64,000 nt of DNA, taken from assembly GCA_965212015.1 (NCBI GenBank), contig OZ243037.1:640001-704000 (forward strand). The letters run 5' to 3'. The DNA is from Cenarchaeum sp. (GTDB taxonomy: Archaea; Thermoproteota; Nitrososphaeria; Nitrososphaerales; Nitrosopumilaceae). Of the stretch, positions 60,211-64,000 are shown in pieces. Numbering within the stretch: the first letter of the stretch is position 1; the number at the start of each line of letters is the position of its first letter. A model generated the notes under the pieces. That model was given only the letters and a program-made list of their open reading frames with translations, ran no database searches and was not told the DNA's origin. Both the position numbers and the translations under genes were made by a program.

Positions 60211-62907
60211 TTGGACAAGGCAGACATTCTCAGGGCGTTTTCGGCGGATCCCGACAGGTACTACAAGGTGGGCCTGTTTGACGAGCAGGGCTTTGTCCGG
60301 AGATCGTGCGCAAAATGCGGGAGGTTTTTCTGGAGCATTGCAGAGTGCAGCACGTGTCCGGACGACTCGGAGGACACTTATTCGTTTATCGACAGCCCCG
60401 TGACTTCCCGGCGCTTTGACTATGTCCAGGCGTGGCAGCAGATCGAGGATTTTTTCGTGAAAAACGGCCACACCTCAGTCGGCAGGTATCCCGTGGTCTG
60501 CAGGTGGCGCGACGATCTTTACTTTACGATTGCAAGTATTGTTGATTTTCAGAGGGTGATGGGCTCAAAGGTGGTCTTTGAGTTTCCCGCAAACCCGCTG
60601 ATAGTCCCGCAGACGTGCCTGCGCTTCAAGGACTTGGAGAATGTGGGAATCACGGGCAGGCACTTTTCGTCGTTTTGCATGATAGGGCAGCACTCGATTC
60701 CAGGCGGAGGCGGATACTGGAAGGACGGATGTATAGACCTTGACTTTAGGCTGCTGACACAGCAGTTTGGAATTGCCCGGGAAAAAATCGTGTTCGTCGA
60801 GGATGTCTGGTCCGGCGGCGGCTCGTTTGGCTCGTCGCTGGAGTATTTCGTCGGCGGACTGGAGCTGGGAAACGCCGTCTTTACCGAGTTTCAGGGCGAG
60901 CTTGGACGGCACACCGTGCTGGATCAAAAGATAATCGACATGGGCGCCGGACTGGAGCGGCTTGCGTGGATTACAATGTCGACTCCCACGGCATACGACT
61001 GCTGTTTTGGGCCGATCACCGGCCATCTCTTTGAGAGTATGGGGATCGATTCGGGCACCGAGATGCTGTCAAGATATTTTACGGCGATTGCAAAAAACCT
61101 GGACAGGACAGGCGATCTTAACGAGGTAAAGCGGCTTGCGGCAAAAAAGGCCGGCCTCACAGACGGACAGCTGGAACGGATAATAAACCCGCTAGAGGGG
61201 GCGTACCTGGTTGCGGATCACACAAGGACGCTGATCTTTGCAATATCAGACGGCGCGCTGCCAAGCAACGTGGGCGGCGGCTACAACCTGAGGGTGATGC
61301 TTCGCAGGATAATCGGGACCATGGACGGGCTCGGGGCGAGACTTGACATGGACCGCCTGGTGGACTTGCACATCGACTATCTCAGGGACATGTATCCAGA
61401 GCTGGACGGCAGGAGGCAGGACGTCAAGACCATCCTGGGTATTGAGGCCGCAAGATACGGCGAGTCGAAGATCAGGATGGGAAACATTGCAGACAGGATG
61501 GCCGAAAAAAAGCAGACGCCCGGAATAGACGAGATGGTTACACTGTACGAGTCCGACGGCATAACGCCGGATTACCTTCGTGATCACGGCATAATCTCGG
61601 AAATCCCCTCTGCGTTTTACTCAAAGCTCTCAGAGCTGCACCAGTCCGACAAAAAGCCGGCGCAAAAGGGGTTTGCGCCGGAGGGGTTTGCAGAGACGGA
61701 TTTGCTTTTTTACAAGGACGATCCGATGCGGTTCACTGCCAGGGTGCTCGGGACGTTTGAGCGTTCCGTCATACTTGACAGGACGTCGTTTTATGCAAGG
61801 GGCGGCGGACAGGAGCCCGATCACGGGACGATCGGCGGCTTTGAGGTGACAGACGTCAGCAGGCATGCGGGCGTCATCGTGCATACCCTTAGTGGGGGGA
61901 TGCCAAACCGCGGGGATTCCGTGCAGTGTGTGGTGGATGAAAAAAGGCGATCCGACATTACGAAAAACCACACAAGCACGCACATACTCAACTCGTCGAC
62001 CCGCAAGGTGCTAGGCTCGTGGGTGTGGCAGCACTCTGCATTCAAGGAGGCCGATCACGGCAGGCTGGACATCACCCACCACTCGTCACTTTCTGACGGG
62101 CAGGTGCGGCAAATTGAGGATACTGCCAACGAGATAGTCGCCCAAGACCTCCGTGTCGACATACGGGATCATGACAGGGGGGCAGCAGAGCAAATGTACG
62201 GCTTTAGAATTTACCAGGGCGGCGTGGTTCCGGTAAAATCCGTCAGAATCGTCTCGATCGGTGACTTTGATGTGGAGGCCTGCGGCGGGACGCACGTAAA
62301 GAAAACCGGCGACATTGGGCTGATAAAGATTACAAAGACCAAGAGAATTCAGGACGGCGTGGTAAGGCTAGAGTTCGTCTCTGGCCCAAACGCGCAGCAA
62401 TACGTCAGGCACCACGCAGACGACTGGCAGAAAAAACACGCAGATGCGGAGGCCAAGGAAAGCCACGACAGGCTCCGGAGTCAGAAAAAGGAGCGGGACA
62501 GGGCCGTCATCTCTGAAGTGCTCGCACAGCTTGAAACGCTTGACGGCACGGCCACCATTAACGGAATTGAAATTGACGCAAAAGGCGCCGGACCGCTGTG
62601 CTTTACTGCAAGCGACAGGTACGACGAGTATTTCCATGTCAGTTTCGGCAAAAAGCTCACAGGAGCGCACCCCGGCGCCGTATACTGCGGAATCTTTGAT
62701 GCGGGACCTGCAATACGCATAATCGCATACGCCGGCAGGCAGGCCCCAAAGACTGCGCTGGAAATTGCGCAGCAGGTCTCCGGCATTCTGGGCGGCTCCT
62801 TTGGCGGCGGCGATGCCTTTGCGCAGGGCGGCGGAAAGGACGCATCCAAAAGGGACGAGGCCGTAGGCAAAGCAAGATTAATGGTTCTAGGCAGGCGAGA
62901 CCTGTGA
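60211..62907 (+). CDS. alaS: Alanine--tRNA ligase
   Basis: TIASI, ELGNAVF, DMGAGLER, HTSTH editing site, EACGGTH; TTG start at 60211. Confidence 0.96.
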   Translation: MDKADILRAFSADPDRYYKVGLFDEQGFVRRSCAKCGRFFWSIAECSTCPDDSEDTYSFIDSPVTSRRFDYVQAWQQIEDFFVKNGHTSVGRYPVVCRWRDDLYFTIASIVDFQRVMGSKVVFEFPANPLIVPQTCLRFKDLENVGITGRHFSSFCMIGQHSIPGGGGYWKDGCIDLDFRLLTQQFGIAREKIVFVEDVWSGGGSFGSSLEYFVGGLELGNAVFTEFQGELGRHTVLDQKIIDMGAGLERLAWITMSTPTAYDCCFGPITGHLFESMGIDSGTEMLSRYFTAIAKNLDRTGDLNEVKRLAAKKAGLTDGQLERIINPLEGAYLVADHTRTLIFAISDGALPSNVGGGYNLRVMLRRIIGTMDGLGARLDMDRLVDLHIDYLRDMYPELDGRRQDVKTILGIEAARYGESKIRMGNIADRMAEKKQTPGIDEMVTLYESDGITPDYLRDHGIISEIPSAFYSKLSELHQSDKKPAQKGFAPEGFAETDLLFYKDDPMRFTARVLGTFERSVILDRTSFYARGGGQEPDHGTIGGFEVTDVSRHAGVIVHTLSGGMPNRGDSVQCVVDEKRRSDITKNHTSTHILNSSTRKVLGSWVWQHSAFKEADHGRLDITHHSSLSDGQVRQIEDTANEIVAQDLRVDIRDHDRGAAEQMYGFRIYQGGVVPVKSVRIVSIGDFDVEACGGTHVKKTGDIGLIKITKTKRIQDGVVRLEFVSGPNAQQYVRHHADDWQKKHADAEAKESHDRLRSQKKERDRAVISEVLAQLETLDGTATINGIEIDAKGAGPLCFTASDRYDEYFHVSFGKKLTGAHPGAVYCGIFDAGPAIRIIAYAGRQAPKTALEIAQQVSGILGGSFGGGDAFAQGGGKDASKRDEAVGKARLMVLGRRDL

Positions 62908-64000
62908 TGGACTGGGGTTTAATGGAGGCAAAGTGGAGAAAAAGGTGGGAGGAGCGGCGGCACTTTGAGGCAAATCCCGACGACAGGCCGAAAAAATTCA
63001 TAACTGTGGCATACCCCTATCCGAACTCGCCGCAGCACATAGGGCACGGCAGGACGTACACCATAGCGGACATTCATGCGAGGTACTACAGGATGCGGGG
63101 ATTCAACGTGCTGTTCCCCATGGCGTTTCACTATACCGGAACCCCGATTCTCGGCATGTCAAAAAGGGTAGAGTCAAAAGATCCCGAGATAATGGACGGG
63201 CTGAGGAACATCTATCACGTGGCAGACGACGTCATCAGGACGTTTGTCGAGCCGGTAAAGATTGCGGATTACTTTCATGCAGAGATCAAGGCCGGAATGA
63301 TCGAAATGGGATACTCGATCGACTGGCGCAGGGAGTTTACCACGATTGATCCCGCCTATCAAAAGTTCATCGAGTGGCAGGTCTCCACGCTGCGTGAAAA
63401 AAACCTGATAATCCAGGGCTCGCATCCGGTCGGCTGGTGCCCGAAGGATCAGAATCCCGTCTCGCAGCACGACACGCTAGGCGACGTAGAGCCGGACTTT
63501 ACAGAATACATACTAGTCAAGTTCAAGATGGGGGATTTTGTCATTCCCGCCGCCACGCTGCGGCCTGAGACCGTGTTTGGCGTGACGAACCTCTGGGTAA
63601 ACCCCGAGGTGACATACGAAAAGATATCCGTCGACGGCGAAAAATGGATAGTCTCCGGCCAGTGCGCGTACAAGCTGGAATTTCTGGACAAAAAAATCAC
63701 GCACGACGGCACAATTTCAGGCCGCGAGCTTGCCGGAAAAACAGCATCCGTTCCCGGCAGAGGCACAAAAGTCCCCATCCTGGCCGCAGGCTTTGTCGAG
63801 GCGCAGACGGGGACCGGCCTTGTAATGTCGGTGCCTGCGCACGCCCCGTTTGACTGGCAGGCACTCGAGGATCTCAAAAAAACCGGGGATGCTGCGGCGC
63901 TGCAAATAGAGCCGATATCCATCATTGCGACTGACGGGTATGGCGACTGTCCCGCCATGGAGGTGTGCCGGGGCCTCAAAATCAAAGACCAGGACGATCC
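62907..64000 (+). CDS. leuS: Leucine--tRNA ligase (5' part, runs off window)
   Basis: AYPYPNSPQHIGH (HIGH), FHYTGTP, DWRREFTT, ATLRPET, GTGLVMSVPAHAP. Confidence 0.95.
   Translation, partial: MDWGLMEAKWRKRWEERRHFEANPDDRPKKFITVAYPYPNSPQHIGHGRTYTIADIHARYYRMRGFNVLFPMAFHYTGTPILGMSKRVESKDPEIMDGLRNIYHVADDVIRTFVEPVKIADYFHAEIKAGMIEMGYSIDWRREFTTIDPAYQKFIEWQVSTLREKNLIIQGSHPVGWCPKDQNPVSQHDTLGDVEPDFTEYILVKFKMGDFVIPAATLRPETVFGVTNLWVNPEVTYEKISVDGEKWIVSGQCAYKLEFLDKKITHDGTISGRELAGKTASVPGRGTKVPILAAGFVEAQTGTGLVMSVPAHAPFDWQALEDLKKTGDAAALQIEPISIIATDGYGDCPAMEVCRGLKIKDQDD

Overview
Archaeal (Thaumarchaeota/Nitrosopumilaceae-like) chromosomal window with two parts. ~1-26,400 is a mosaic accessory island. It holds an AT-rich defence-like block (SF2 helicase, GHKL/MORC ATPase, PLD nuclease, YwbE-Schlafen fusion), a RusA-like gene and two basic RPEVK-repeat proteins. 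Next is a ~3 kb non-coding array of five ~0.5 kb cassettes, each a conserved hairpin-rich element followed by a different iteron-like repeat set with shared 22/32-33 bp spacing. Then come two tandem tyrosine recombinases, an AbrB regulator, a five-gene operon (GHKL ATPase, unknown, DUF6339-like::PAPS-reductase-like fusion, GIY-YIG, DndB/DGQHR) and HNH, PD-(D/E)xK and ClpP-like genes. ~26,450-64,000 is GC-richer core genome: ferritin, riboflavin and biotin clusters, FBP aldolase/phosphatase, exosome superoperon, XPF, FEN1, ribosomal proteins, alaS and partial leuS. Best candidates for an undescribed system are the cassette array with its flanking recombinases and the putative DNA-modification operon. 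All family calls come from motif recognition by eye; no searches were run.
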